A stretch of DNA of 64,000 nt, from the NCBI RefSeq assembly GCF_009834535.1, contig NC_045698.1, forward strand, positions 498,001-562,000, in the 5' to 3' direction. The stretch comes from Camelus ferus. Taxonomy: Eukaryota. This document shows, piece after piece, positions 47,000 through 61,900 of the stretch. A program made the translations under genes and the position numbers. Under the pieces are notes generated by a model. That model made no database searches and was not told where the DNA came from. It was given only the letters and a program-made list of their open reading frames with translations. Position 1 is the first letter of the stretch; the number at the start of each line of letters is the position of its first letter.

Positions 47000-49900
47000 G
47001 TGAGCGCGGCCCCGGCCCGGGCCTGGTCCCCACCCTGAGCCCGACCCCGACCTGGCCGGACCTGCCCCGGGCCTAGTCCGCTCCCCGAGCCCCGCCTGAC
47101 CTGACAGGACCCGACCCACCCGGCCCAGGAAAGCCGGGCGCTTGGACGGTCTCTCCCGGGAGCTCTAAGTGCGGGGACCGTCCGTGGCCCCCCGCCCTGA
47201 GCCCCCTCGGCTGCCGGCGGTGGGGCGTGGGACTGGCCCCCGACGCAGTCCAAGGGCTGCAGGGTAGCGGCTGGCCTTGAGCGGGAGCAGGAGGGCCGGG
47301 GTTGACCGGAGGGCAGCGGCGGCCGGAGGCGCCAGGCTGAAAGCGGGCTCCGCTGGCGGGGAGTTGGCCAGATGCAGACGCCTGACGGCCGCGGTGCGGG
47401 TTCGTTCCCTCCTCGGTCACAGCGAGCGCGCTTCCTGCTGCTCAGAGCGCCCCCCCGTGTGCGGGGCGCTGTCCCCAGCAGGCCAGGCGGGTTGACCACC
47501 CCTCAGCGGCACCCAGCGAGCACCAGCTCCAGCTGTCGCCTGCTGCCTTCTGCTGGAGGCTGAGGACAGAGACTCGAGGTAGCTCCCGGTCAGCCGTGCG
47601 GCTGCCCGCGGGGGCCGACCGGGTTCCGGCCCCAGGCTGGCCCACTCGGCCCACACCCTTAACTGCTGCACTTTCTCACCTGTGCTCTGGAGTTTTAGAC
47701 ACTTACTACTAAAATGTGCTTTACTTTAAACCTGATTTATGTGTTTCGTTTGTTTTCCTAGCACTGCAAAAAAAGAAGATATAAAGCTGAGTGTCAGAAA
47801 GCTACTCAACAGACATAACATCGTGTTTGGTGATTACACGTGGACTGAGTTTGATGAGCCTTTTCTGACCAGAAATGTGCAGTCTGTGTCTATTGTTGAC
47901 ACAGAGCTGAAGGTTAAAGACTCGCAGGTAACTTACTGATTCTCAGTGCCAGGAAACAGCCAGCCCCTAGCTGGTCACAAAGTCGGCACCGTGGTCGTGT
48001 GCTTGCTGTTTGGTAGTGTGTTGTCAGAAACTGGTTGGCTCATCTGTTGGTTTGGCCTCAGACAGGTCCTGGCTGTCAGTCAGGAGCCAGGTGCTGGAGA
48101 AGACGTGGCCCTGCTGTCAGGATGCTCTTGGTGCAGAAGGAGACAGACCAGAAACTGAGACTGGGAGTGCACCACGATGAAGCAGTGGGCCATGCTAATG
48201 AGGCCTCTGTGCCTTCTCTCTTCTCTCAGTCAACAGCTGTTTGTGGGGTGCTCAGCGTGTGTCAGGACCTTCAGAGTTCTGGGGGCTCTTCGTCTAGTCC
48301 AGCGTATAGACTGTGTCACCCACCGCCTTACCGAGACTGTGTCAGGTGGGGGGGAGTTAAGACGAGTCTTGTGTGAGAGGCTGAGTGTGACCCAGAATGG
48401 CTGCCTCAGGAGGACGCATCACTTATACCTGTACAATTCCTGCCTTACAACAAATCATTTTGGAAGAATTGTTTTGGCGCTAAAATTTGCTGATGAGGTG
48501 GGCCTCCCCATTCTTCTGTTAGGACTGATGTTTGTGGCATTGTCAGAGTTTTTCACCCTGAAATCCGATGCCACAGTACTCAATTTTGGCCAGCCTGAAG
48601 GGAGCAGGAGAGCCTTCCTACGCTCTTGCAGAAGGGCAGGTTCGCACAGCCTAACTGGAGGTCGTGGGTGTTGGCCACTAAACCTAACCAGGAATGTGAG
48701 AGAACTGTACACTGAGAACTATAAAACATCGTATAACTGAATCATTTTGAAGCTAATACATTATTGTAAGTCAATTATAGTTCAATTAAAAAAAACTTAA
48801 AGATAAAAAATTAGATATTAATGGTCGAAAATAAAGATTATATAGTATTAAAAAAGTTGTTAGATTGGATGAAAAGACTTACTTTATTTCAAATTTAAGA
48901 TTAGCTTATTTTAAAATGTTTATTCTTTCCTCCCCTTTTGGGACTCAGAGTCCTTTCTATGAATGTCTCTGAAGATGAGACATACTTGTAGAAGTATCAC
49001 TATTAGAGTAAAATAATAACTCTGTAAACGACAAAAGAGTTAAAAATGACTGGTTAAAGATCTGATTAGAATGCAATGGAAAAGAAATTAGGTTGTTTTT
49101 ATGACACACAACACTTTAAGATAATGACTAGAATTATGATCGATAACATTATACCAGGACAGGTTTCCAGGAATGTCACCCTAAGCATAGTTATGTGGGT
49201 TTATTTCTGGGCTCTCTATTCTGTTCCATTGACCTGTGTATCTGTTTTTGTGCCAATATTAGGCTGTTTTGATTACTGTAGCTACGTAGTATTTGAAGTC
49301 TGGGAGGGTTATGCCTCCAGCTTTGTTCTTTTTCCTCAGGATTGCTTTGGCAATTTTGGGTCTTTTGTTGGTTCCTTACAAACTTTAGGATTACTTATTC
49401 TAGTTCTGTGAAAAACGTCATGGGTACTTTGATAGGAATCATGTTAAATCTGTAGGTTGCTTTGGGTTTATGGCCATTTTAACAGTATTTTTCCAACCCA
49501 AGAGTAGGGATACTTTCCAGTTCTCTGAATCGTCTTCTGTTTCCTTTATCAGTGTTTTATTGTTCTCAGCATATAGGTTTTTCACCTCCTTGGTTAGGTT
49601 TATTCCTAGGTATTTTTTTGGATGCAGTTTTAAACAGGGTTTTTTTGTCTTTTACTTTCTCTTCTGATAGTTCACTGTTAGAGCAAAGAAGTTCTGTATA
49701 TTAATCTTGTGTCCTGCTACCTTATTGAATTCATTTATTCTAATAATTTTTCTGTGGAATCTTTAGGATTTTCTACATAGAGTATCAAGTCACTTTCATA
49801 TAATGGCAATTTTACCTCTTTCCTTCCAATCTGGATACCTTTTGTTTCTTTCTCATCTGGTTGCTGTGGCTAGGACTTCCAATGCTATGTTGAATAGAAG

Positions 49901-52900
49901 TGGGGAGGGTGGGCATCCTTGTCTTGCTCTAGAATTTAGTGGGCAGGCTTTCAGCTTTTCACCATTGAGTATTATATTGGCTATGGGTTTGTCATAAATG
50001 GCTTTTACCATGTTGAGATATGTTCCTTCTATACCCGCTTTGGTGAGAGTTTTTATCATAAATGGATGTTCAATTTTATCAAATGCTTTTTCTGCATCTT
50101 TTGAGATGGTCATGTGGCTTTCATCTTGTCCTTGTTGACGTGGTGTATCACTTTGATTTGCACATGTTGAACCATTTTTGTGACCTGGAATGAATCCAAC
50201 TTGATCATGGTGTGTGATCCTCTTTATGTGTTGTTGGATTCAGTTTGGTAATATTTTGTTGAGGATTTTTGCATCTATATTCATCAGAAATATTGGCCTG
50301 TAAGTTTTTTTGTAGTGTCTTTGTCTACTTTTGGTATCAGGATGGTGATGGCTTCACAGAATGACTTCAGGAGTCTTCCCTCCTCTTCAGTCTTTTGGAA
50401 GAGTTTGAGAAGGATGGGTATAAGTTACTTTTTGTATGTTTGGTAGAATTCCCCAGGGAAGCCATCTGGTCTGGACTTTCCTTTTCAGAGAGGTTGTTTG
50501 TTTGTTTATTTTTTAAATAGATCCTTTTCCACTTCTAGTAATTGGTCTGTTCAAATGATCTGTTTCTTTTTGATTCAGTTTTGGCAGGCTGTATGTTTCT
50601 AGAAACATGTCCCTTTCCTCTAGGTTGTCCATTTTTTTTGGCATGAAACTATTCATAGTATTTTCTTAGGGTCTTTTGTATTTCTGTGGTATCAGTTGTT
50701 ATTTCTCCTTTTTCATTTATTTCTTTATTTGGGTCCTCTCTCTTCTTGATAATCCTGGCTGGAGGTTTGTTGATTTTGTTTATCCTTGTGAAAAACCAGC
50801 CCTTTGTTTTATAGATTTTTCTATTTTTTTTAATCTATTGTATTTATTTCCCCTCTGTTCTTTGTTATTTTCATCCTTCTGCTGACTTTAGGTTTTGTCT
50901 GTTCTTTGTCTAGTTCTTTTAGGTGGTAGATTAGGTGGTTTGAGGTTTTTCTTGTTTTTTGAGGGAGACATCACTATGAACTTCCCTCTTAAGACTGCTT
51001 TTGTTGCATCCCACAGATTTTGTATGATTGTGTTTTCATTGTTGTTTGTCTTGATATTTTTTACTTCCTCTTTGATTTTATTGTTGACTTATTGATTTTT
51101 TAGTAGCATGTTGTCTAGTCTCCATGTGATCATTTTTTCCTCATTTTTCTTTCTGCGGTTGATTTCTAGTTTCGTGCCATTGTGGTCAGAAAAGATACTC
51201 GAAATAATTTCTATCCTCTTAAATTTGCTGAGGCTTATTTTGTGTCCTAGTATGTGGCCTATCCTAAAGTTTGTTCCCATGTGCACTTGAAAGGAATGTG
51301 TATTCTGTTTCTTTTGGTTGTAGTGTCCTAGAGATCTCAATTAAGCCCAACTGTTCTCTTGTGTCTTTTAGGATTTCTGTTGCCGTATTGATGTTCTGTC
51401 TAGAAAATGTGTCCATTGATGTCAGTGGGGTGTTAAAATCTACTATTATTGAATGCCCATCAATTTCTCCCTTTACGTCTGTTAGTATTTTATGTATTAG
51501 GTAATCCTTTACTGGGTGCATATGTTACCAAGTGTAATGTCTTCTTGTATTGATCCTTTTATTGTTATGTTGTGTTCTTCTTTGTTGTTCCTTATGGACT
51601 TTGTTTTAAAGTCTGTTTTGTCTAATATGAGTATTGCTACCCATGCTTTCTTGTCATTTCCATTTCCATGAAGTATCTTTTTTTCCATCCCCTCACTGTG
51701 TATCCCTTAAGTGGGTCTCTTGTAGGTTCTTGTTTTATTACCGAATATATTTTAGGTTCTTGTTTTATTATCCAGTCTGCCACTCCATGTCTTTTGATTG
51801 GAGCATTTAGTCCATTGACATTTAAAGTAACTATTAATAAGTATGTATTTATTGTCATTTTAAACCTTGTTTTCCAGTAGATTTTATATTAATTCTTTGT
51901 TCCTTTCTTCTTTTTGTTTTTCCTTTTGTGATTTGATGGTTTTCTTTTGTATTATGCTTGAGTTCCTTTCTTTTTGGTTTTTTTGAATTTATTGGATAGC
52001 TCCTAATTTTTATAGCTAGAATTTAAAAGTGAGTTATCTTCAATTTATGTAGATTTATTTGGTTTTTTCTTCTCATTCTCATCACAGCCCATTGATTTGA
52101 GCGCATGCACTATTGCACTTCACATCTTCCAGCTAAATGAAGATGGCCCCAGCAGTGAAAATTTGGAGGAAGAGACAGAAAATATAATTGCAGCAAATCA
52201 TTGGGTTCTGCCTGCAGGTACCTGTGACATTAACAGTAGGTGGAGCATGCCAAATATGGGGGGGGGGGTCAGAAGATGGCACACACCTTGGACTTGCCAA
52301 GAAGATTTTGTCTGTCTGTTTTATAGGATTTTAGGGCATTTTATCTGTTATGAACTGGAAAGTATATCGCAAAAGAAGAGAGATTTCCAATATAAGACCA
52401 TTTGGGTGGGTCACTCATTGAGAATTACAGTGGTGCCCTTCTTTCCTGCCCAGTTGGTCAGTCCTGCGGGCCCACTCCTTCCTCCTTCTCGATGCTTCTC
52501 CATGAACTTTGCCAATGGGTTCTAGCAGACAGAATCCTGGGATTAATTCAGTCATCAAGTTTTATGCTTGGCATCCTAACATGTAGACTAGACCTGCCAC
52601 TCTGTCTTGCCCAAGTGTTAGCTTGTGGGGAGGCTGGTGGGTCTAGGGTGTGTGCTTGTGTCCAGGTGCAGGTCCACAAGGACAGCTGTGCATAATAATA
52701 CGATGGAAAGGTCACTCCTCTACTGAGTCACATGTGACTATCATTTATTTTGCATCTTTAATTTTAAGAACAATTTAAAAAATTTGAAATCCCTGTGACC
52801 AGCATCTTAGACTACCACACGTGGAGCAGTGGGGAGCATCAGCGGCTCAGGGCAGCCCTGACCAGTAGGGGCAAGGCTTGCTTTCCTAAAGTTAGGTTTT

Positions 52901-55900
52901 TGTTTTTTTCTCTCAGCTGAATTCCATGGGCTTTGGGACAGCCTGGTGTATGATGTGGAAGTCAAATCTCATGTGAGTTGCGCTTTTTTCCCAAAAGGCC
53001 CCATTATTTGAAGTAGAATCATTATTGTGCTGCTCTCTGGCACACTTGACTCAGATGGACTTCTGGGAATGCTGCTTACTAGCAGCCCGTGTCCTGATGT
53101 CTGTCCTCTGGGATTGCTTCCGAGTGGAGCTGGTCTCTGGGGAGTTCCCGAGGGAGAAGGGGGAGGGTTCAGAGTGTGAAGACCCCTTGCGCTGGGTCAC
53201 ACTCTTAGGAACCCACAGTGCCAAGGGGTGGACAGAGCAGGTGGGCAGGTCTGAGCAAGTTCCACCATGTCTGAACCCCCTCCAAGGGGAAGGGTCCTTC
53301 TGCACACTAGGGGGACACTAGAAGTCTGTCCCCACCGCCCTGCTCCACCCCAGGCCACTTGGGGCCGCCACAGCTGACTGCAGAGCCCGGCTGCTGTTCT
53401 TTAGTGAACGAGCCATGTGCTCGTCCACTGCCGTGTCGTCCCAGAGGAAGGAGCTTGCTTTTACTTGGTGTGTCCCTCAGTTGTTTTGTTGGTTAGGATT
53501 TTAAATAAAAGTGACCTTACAATAGTACCGGGGTCCGGCCGGTGTCTGGTGCTGGCAGTCTTGGAGGACCTCCGTCCCCTCTGCTCACTTAGGGCACGTG
53601 TAGTGGGAGCCTTGGCTTTCCTCATACCTTTATCTGAATTTTTCCTTTCTTCACTCAGCTCCTCGATTATGTGATGACAACATTACTGTTTTCAGACAAG
53701 AATGTCGACAGCAACCTCATCACCTGGAACCGGGTGGTGCTGCTTCACGGTAAAGCGTCCAGGTTTCACGTGGCGAGAGAAGCTGCACAAAATCAGACTT
53801 TTGCTTGGACCTTTGTCCTTCTGTGAGGAGCTGTAGCTCCTCTTACGGTGGACTCAGAATTGCCCTAGAACATTCTCCCCTGTGAAGCCGACTGGGCTCA
53901 CGCTCTCTGGGCTTTGGTTCCTTGACCCTTCATTTGGCTGCCACCTGATTATGCCTTGTGACTTTTTATACTATTATTAAACTTTCAAGTAACTGCCTGT
54001 TTCCCCAGCTGGTCATAGACTCCTGAAGATAGCAGTCACCTCATATTTCTCTGTGACATCCTTAGAGCTTCACTAGATAGGTAGTAAGCCGCAAAGGCCA
54101 CGCTTTATAGAACCCTGTCTGGTTCTTGGGGAACAGTACCTTTTTGTTTTTTCTTTAAGTCCCCAGAGAGAAAGGAATTGAGAGACAACCCAAAGATTGT
54201 AGGCTTGTATACAATTTTAAGAGAGTAGTTAGTGTCTTTTAAATAGCATATATGCTGGCAAGTTGTCTTAATACCAGGGTCAGAGTAGACAATCAACATG
54301 TTTTAATTAGGGTGATGAATTATTTTCCATTTAGAATTGGTTGCATATTTTCTCTTGAATTATGAAAAACACTTGCAGAAAGTCAGCATTCCCTCTTGGG
54401 TGCATTTTCCACACGGGTCACCCGGGTCCTGCAAGACCTGTTCTGAGTGACACACACGTGGGGCAAGAAGCTGTTTAGTGGGGCGCTGGCCCTCCTGCCC
54501 TCCCTGTTTAGTGTGGGCTTTGGCCCATGTGTAAGCAGCTGTAGTGAAAGATGGTGGCCCATGGGCTTCAGAAGTAGCAGACATCCTGGTGGTCATTGAG
54601 AAGAGCGCTTGACCATTGAAAGGTGGATTTTCATAATCATTGGGTTTCGTAGAGGACATGGGGCATAAGTGAAGATTCAGACCAGGAAGCCAGAGGGCCT
54701 GCGGACAGGAGCACACTGCTGGTGTTTCCTCATCTGCCTGTTTCGTATTCTATTGGTGATGCAACTGTTACTCTGTGGGAAGCCTGGGAGAGCACTGACT
54801 TAAAACCACATTTGCTCACATCTTCTTACAGGTCCTCCAGGAACTGGAAAAACGTCCCTGTGTAAAGCTTTAGCCCAGAAGTTGACCATTAGACTCTCAA
54901 GCAGGTAACTTCAGTAATTGGAGGGAGGAGATGGCCGAAATGGGATTGCTTGCTCTTCCACTGAGTATTTCAGTTTTCCACAGAAGCTGTTTTTACTTTT
55001 TAACCTTTTTGCATGAGTAGTGAGTCCCCCTCTTTCAAAAAAATTAGCGAATTCCTCTGTACTCAGCATAGTCTCGAGTTACTATGTCAGCCTTTCTAAA
55101 CGTGTTTGAGACCTGCTTTATGACTGCATGGCCTCTCCTGGTGGCTGTCCCATGTTCGCTTAGAGTACCGTGTCTCCGCCCTTGTCGAGGGATGTTCCAG
55201 GGACGTCAGCTCAGGGTGCTCGGTGTCCACGCAGACCCCCGGTCTGCTGGTGTGCCGCTGTGGAAGGGCATCCGAGCCTTCAGTGCTGCGTCCGCTTCTC
55301 CTTAAGTCCCGTCAGCTGTGGGCTTCACGGTCTCATCACATTTAAAAACTGTTTGGCTAACCCCCTGCTTTCTGCCGCCTTGTCTGGGGGCCACTTACTC
55401 CCATGTTAGACGGCCTGACGGTGTCCCACAGGCCACTGATGTGCTCTCTTGTGTTTTCAGGGTTTTGAAAGGTTCTGGGTTTCATTTTGTATAGCTTTCT
55501 GCAGTACCTGGCCTGCTTTTAATTCTGTTCAGTGTAATTTTCATCTCTGACAGTGTACTTTTCTTCTCTGGAGGTTCCATTTGGTTCCTTTTACACTTAG
55601 ATTTCTCATCTCATTATGTTCTTGTTAAAATGCTTGAGGAAGTGTGTGATAGCTGTTTTATGCTCCTGTCTGCTCCTTCCATCACCATCACGCCTGAGTC
55701 TTTTTTTTCTGGTTTTGGCTCAGGTGTTTCTGCTTCCTGACGTGTCAGGTAGATTTTGACTAAACATTGTGACTTGAAGCATCTGGATTCTCTTTATTTA
55801 ACGGCTGCTGAGTTTTGTTCTGCTTTTGCACTTTGGTTACTGATGCTTCAGTGTGATCCTTTCGAGGTTTGTTCTTAAGCTTTGTCAGAGGGGTCTTGGT

Positions 55901-58900
55901 GTAGTCTAGTCTCACTTCACAGGTGGGGTCTCAGTTCCCTCCACCGTGGCCATCGGGGCCTCGAACGCTCCCGACCTGTGAATGCCAGGGTTTCCCGATT
56001 CACACACCTGAGTGTCCAGTAAAGATTCGGGGCCCCAGGATGGTTTCCGGAGATTTATTCCTGTGTGTCTCCCTACCTGGAACTCTGCTTTGTGGCCTCC
56101 AGACACCTCAGGCTCCTGAACTCTGACCTCTGACCCCTCGCTCAGCATGACGGCTGTGCTCTTCCTGGGTACCCTCCAGGGTCACGGTTGGAAGGTGCTC
56201 TAGGCAGAAAGTCAGGGCAGTTGTGCCCTCATTTCTCTTCTCTTGGGGTCCCGGTCCTCCAACGCCTGTTGTCCACCTACCTCAGGCACTGTTTCGTTTG
56301 TTCTGCCCACTCTGAGTTTGTTAAGGCAGAGGGTAAATCTGCTACCTGTTAATCCATATGAGTTTAGAAGAGAAAATCCTATGAGATACACATTTAAATA
56401 CCTTTTTTTTTTTTTTTTTCCAAAAATGGCTTGTAAGTAGGGAAACTGCTTTATTTCAATCCTTCATGCACGGTAACTTGGCCTTTGTCTTGACATATTG
56501 AAATGCATCTGTGTTTAAAGATCTCTAGGGCCAGTTTCCTAAAACACCAGAGAGTGAAGATGTTATATTACGGGAAATAAGACTTTTTCCAGTACAAGAA
56601 AGTGGAAATGTGTATTTTGTGGCAAAAAGAAACCTTAGCAAGTCTTGTTGCCCACTTTAGTTAATGATCCAAATGTTTAATACTTAATTTTGTCTAACAT
56701 TCAGCACAGTCTGCATTTGTTAGGTGGTCTAGCCCCCCCCCCCCCCCCCCCCCCCCCGCCTCCTCTTGTAAATAGAGTTAGTAAATGGTCTTTTTCAATT
56801 GCAAAACCAGTGATGCTTTCTGGAAGCAGTTACGTGTTTCCTGTGGGCTTTTGACGTGAAAGAGAAGAGGACTTGGGAGTCGGCTCTCCCCTGCCTCTGT
56901 CTCCTGCTTGATTTTAGGAAGAGCTCAGTGCGTCCAGGCCTCTCGCCGCCCCTTGGGTGCCTGGTGGTGAGTGCTGGCTGCAGTCAGTGTGTGTGCAGGC
57001 CAGCTTCTGGCCCTCTGAGCCCTCCAGAGCTCTAGGCTTGCAGGAAGTGATCTCGTGCTAGAAAACAAATCGTCGCATTCCTGAGGGTCTTGTGGAAGGA
57101 AGGGGAAATGTTCAGCTCTGACCAAAACACTTCTGGTGCTTTTGCTTCGTTTGCTGTATTGGTACCCATGATGCTTTTTAAACATAGAAATGTAAATTAC
57201 AGGTGCATTAAAAATTAGAGGGATTTTATTCCTGCTTTAATTCAAATGAAAATGCTGTTCAGTTTGAGGAATTTAATTTGCTCCAACTAGAACTATCGAT
57301 GTCGATGCATCTTGTTGGTTTTCCGTGATTATTCTAGTGTGCTGGTTGCTAGGGACCTCAGTCGCATGATCCCTTTAACCAAGTGTCATTCTCACCCTGC
57401 TGGACATTTGAGAGATGTCACGTTGAAGAGGCAGAGGCAGCTGCCGCCCAGGATGCTGTGGGGCTGACTTGTCACAGTTTCCCTGACTCTCTTCTGCTGT
57501 CTTAGGTACCGGTACGGCCAGTTAATTGAAATAAACAGCCACAGCCTCTTTTCTAAGTGGTTTTCAGAAGTAAGTATTAATATCAGTTCTAATTCTCTGC
57601 ATCATCAACCGCGTAGTTGAAAGGTCATCCCGTAGATGAGGCAAACTTTGTCCTCCCAGAGCTTTAGGAGGGAAATAAGTAGAAACAGGAAAGTGAACAA
57701 GGGGCTGACTTTGTGGTCAGAGGAAAGTTCCAGAGCTACGCAGTAACTTGGAAATAGTCTGAGCCCCGAGAGGACCCTCTGCCAGTCCCATCCAGACCTT
57801 TGACTGGGATAGGCACTCAGTGCTATCTGAGGAGAAAGGGATCTGCACCCCTCAGCTGAGCATGCCCTCGGGGCCCTGAGCCTCATTTGCCATCCGTAAA
57901 CCAAAGGGCTCGGACCAGGTGATGTCACACCCTTACCTCTGAAGGGCCCTGCCCCGCGCCCATGTCAGGAGGTCCCCAGGTGGATGGTGAGTGGGGACAG
58001 GGAGGGCCCGGGAGGGGTGCACCTGGCCAGTTTGCACGTTGGCATGTGTGACCATGCCGTCCTGGTCATGCGGAAAGCTGGGAAGGGAAGATGGGAAGAC
58101 ACCCAGGTGAGCTGAGGCGCAAGTCGTCCAAACCTTGCAGCCCAACGCCAGGGGAGGCCGTCTGGGTTCTCTACAGACCTGGCTTCTCTGGCTCCGGGAG
58201 TTTTCTGAGGGGCCTTCAGGAGACTGTGGGCTTGTGGGGCCACCTGGGGTCAGTGAAGCCAGGTGAGGGCAGAGAGCACACGTGTGCTCCGGGCAGCTTG
58301 GTGAGTGCACGTTGACAACAAAAGAGTGTTTTGCTTCCAGAGTGGCAAGCTGGTGACTAGGATGTTCCAGAAGATTCAGGACTTGATTGATGATAAAGAT
58401 GCTCTGGTGTTTGTGCTGATTGACGAGGTAGGTGTGTTTGGACTCTAAACCTGTGGCTGGAGGGAGCTCAAGACGGGGTGACACCACCAGCCCTATGGGC
58501 TGCAGCCTCTTCAGGCTCCGTGTCCTGCAGTCCTTGCCCTCGGCCCCCTCACACCAGGCTCCCAGCACAGGTGGGCACGTGCACACCCACACATGTGTTC
58601 GTCCTCAGGCTCAGCTGACTGTGCCCCATTGCCCCTCCCCACAGGTGGAGAGCCTCACGGCCGCCCGAAATGCCTGCAGGGCGGGCACCGAGCCTTCAGA
58701 TGCCATCCGCGTGGTCAACGCTGTCTTGACCCAGATCGATCAGATTAAAAGGTAGCACCCTGATCCGACGGCTTGTGGGAGACGCCCAGGCTCCTCTCGC
58801 CCGCACACCCAGCTTTCCTAGCCAAGAACACATCTGGAGTTGGGTGTTGGCTCTGTTGGTTCCATGTTTGAGGCAGCATGTGCTAAATGCACTTTTTAGA

Positions 58901-61900
58901 AATCAAGTGCATTTTACTTTATTAAAGTATTTAAAGTGTAAAATGAAACTTGGGTGTGGGGAAAACGCACACCTGCCGAGAAGTATAGAACGAAGTGTCC
59001 AGCGTTAGTACCAACACAACCCGTCCCTCTGCTCGTCCTTGGTGGGGCCAGATTTCGTGTCTCTGCAGCCCAGTCCTGCAGGTCCAGGGCCTGTGGTCAG
59101 GTGCCCATAGCTGATCTGCTCTAGAGGTGGCTCCCACCAACCTGACTCCCGGGGAGGTGATGGACAAGCGAGAACCCCCATCTGTTCTGTGCCGCGCTCC
59201 AGCACACCCTCTGCCAGCTCTGAGTGAGCCGGCCGGACAGTAGTGGCTCTCTCGTGGAGTCTGGGCGCTAGAGACTGGAGAGCAGCAGGCGGACGGCATA
59301 AGTAGTTGCTATTCACAGCGTGTTGGGGTGATGGGAGCTGCATGATGGGCTGTCGTGTGGCCATGCCCGGGCGGGGTGTGGGTGCAGGGGGTTCAGGAGA
59401 CGAGGCAGTCAGGGATGCTGACAGAGGTGAGGGCTTCACTGTGGGTGAAGGAGGTGGGGAGCTGTCGAGCAGGGGTCTGGGGTCTGGGAGAGCTTTCCAG
59501 GAGGCAGGGCAGCAACCAGAGCAAGGCCCGGAGGGTCTGCTGTGCTGCAGCCAGGAAGACCTGGCAGGACCAGGGGTCAGGCAGGAACTCAGGGTGTGGG
59601 AGTGTGGCCGGCTGAGGGGCGCTGGCTGAACGCCTGGGACCCGGGCGGCCCTCTGTCCTGACACCCTCTGTCAGGTCAGGTGTGGTGGCATCCGGGGCAG
59701 GGGTGACTGGCCCTCACTCTGCCTGCAGGCACTCCAACGTGGTGATCCTGACCACCTCCAACATCACGGAGAGGATCGACGTGGCCTTCGTGGACAGGGC
59801 AGACATCAGGCAGTACATTGGGCCGCCCTCTGCAGCAGCCATCTTCAAAATCTACCTCTCCTGCGTGGAAGAGCTGATGAAGGTGCCTTGATTTCTTTTT
59901 TCCTCTCTCCTAATCGATTAGATTCCCCAAATTTTCTTAATTCACCAACGTAGTTTAAAATACCTGGCTCTAATACGGAATGAAGTGCTCCAGTGTGGCA
60001 TCAGCTGTCTTGTTAGGCTGGACATTGCTGCTGTTGTACCTCACAGGTTGAGCTGATAGCTGAAATCGTGGCCGCTGACTCAGTTTTGCTCTTTTGAGAC
60101 AAAATGATCCTCATGATTGTTTGAGCTGCCAGTCTGTGGATGACGAGTGGGGGGTGCGGGCACTCCTGGTCCTCACGGCCTTTGCAAGTAGCCTGCTCTC
60201 TGGCCTCCATTTCCTCCCCTGAAAGGAGGAGAAGGATGGTGGTCCTGGTCCACGGGGTTGTCCTGACTGGTGGTGACAGCTCACAGGGCGGTCACGGGAC
60301 TGGGAGGTCACAGCTCACAGGGCGGTCACGGGACTGGGAGGTCACAGCTCACAGGGAGGTCACTGGACTGGGGGTCACAGCTCACAGGGCGGTCACTGGA
60401 CTGGGGGGGGTCACAGCTCACAGGGCAGTTGTCGGCTTCAGTGTTGGTGTCTCTGTGGCCCCATGTTCTGGCAGCGTCAAGGGCACAGTGGCAGTGACTC
60501 AGTCACTTCACAGTCTGTGGGCTCCCACATCCTTGCAAGGATGACAGCCTCTGTTGGGGGAAGGAGCTAGTCTCAGCCCAGGGTGCACTGCCCTGGCGTG
60601 CACGCCGCGTCCTTTCCTGTGCCATGGAGAGAAGGGTGGGGCTGGCGGAGCTCTGACGTGATCGGCGGAGATGTTGTAGCGCCGCGCCCGCTGGGGGCGC
60701 CAGGCCTCCCCTCCACGCCGCGCACTGTGCTGCGCCTAGAGGGTGTGCTGAGCGGGAGCCATGCGTGCAGGCTTCACCTGGCAGCTGAGCGCGTGGGGTG
60801 GGGTCGTTTCTCAGTCTGACGGTTTATAGGGAATTAGACAGCAGGATGTCTTGGTGGAGGCTGGCCGGTCCTGAAGACTGTCGGCCTGTGACTGTGGCCC
60901 ATGTTCTGCCGGGGCCTGCCGGATGGCTTGTGTCACGAGAGGGGCCATGAGGGCTGTCCGGGGAGGCTGCAGAGGCCTGAGGAGTGTCACTGAGTCAAAT
61001 GGGAGGTCAGAAGTCCCCTGGCACAAACCCTGTTGCTTAGTTTTCCTTGCAACCGTCACCAAACCTAAACAGGTGCAGAGAAGGCTGCTCCTTCCTCCTC
61101 CTCTCCTGGCTCCTGAGCCCACAGCTGTGCTGGATGCATCAGTAGTGGGCAGCATGGGCACCCGGGAGGGCGTCCAGCGTGCAGACACGTGGTCTGTGAG
61201 GTGAACTCGAAGACCCGGGTCCGTGTCAGCTGGAGGCTTTCGGTCCCCCAAGTAAGAATCTGAACTGGACAGCAGTGAACAGAGACCCTCCTTGAGAGGC
61301 TGGCCAGGTCCCGGCTCCAGGGCCCTCTGCCCGTCCTGAGTTGTGACACGTCACTGGAGCTGGTTACCAGCCCGTGCTCAGCTGCTGAGCTCCTCCTTGC
61401 CTGGCTTGTGGTTTGGGCCGCGCGGAAGAGGCTGAGATGCTGTGTTTCTGAGATGCGTTTTGCTCTCCGCATTCTTATCTCTGTTGGAAGCAGCCGCTGG
61501 GGTGGAGGTGAGAGCCTGCAGGTCCAGCAGCTCTGTTTGCTTTTCTGAGGCGTGACGAGACGTGTACTTGCCTGCTGAGTGCTGTCCCTGTGGCTGACAC
61601 GCCCCTGTCCCCACAGTGTCAGATCATATACCCCCGCCAGCAGCTGCTGACCCTCCGTGAGCTGGAGATGATCGGGTTCATCGAGAACAACGTGTCCAAG
61701 CTGAGCCTCCTCCTGAGCGAGATCTCGAGGTGTGTGCGGGGCGCCCTCAGTCACTGGGAGGAGCCGTTTGCCTTGGCATCGGGGAGCTGTGACTGCCCAT
61801 GGCAGCAGGGGTGGTTAGGGGTCACATGACAGGGCTTGGATCCCAGGGCGTCACACACGCATCGAAAGCGCCTGACCTCCAACCCTGCACTCCTGGACCG

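Larger units (their letters stand above)
46200..47650. promoter_or_regulatory. CpG island / bidirectional promoter of BRD9 and TRIP13
   Basis: Very GC- and CpG-rich, with divergent ATGs at 46579 (-) and 46908 (+). ETS/GABP motifs CCGGAAGCG 46672-46680, CCGGAAGTG 46691-46699 and CGCTTCCGG 46720-46728; GC boxes 46701-46708 and 46734-46740. Confidence 0.9.

Noticed and set aside
46037..47499. Long ORFs of 255-373 aa over the promoter (e.g. 46378-47499 -, 46096-46932 +)
   Set aside because: Low-complexity Pro/Arg/Gly/Ala frames expected in a CpG island with few stop codons; the real coding parts are the short first exons of BRD9 and TRIP13.
60265..60426. Repeat array with unit length similar to a CRISPR repeat
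   Set aside because: Head-to-tail units without unique spacers, in a mammalian intron with no cas genes.
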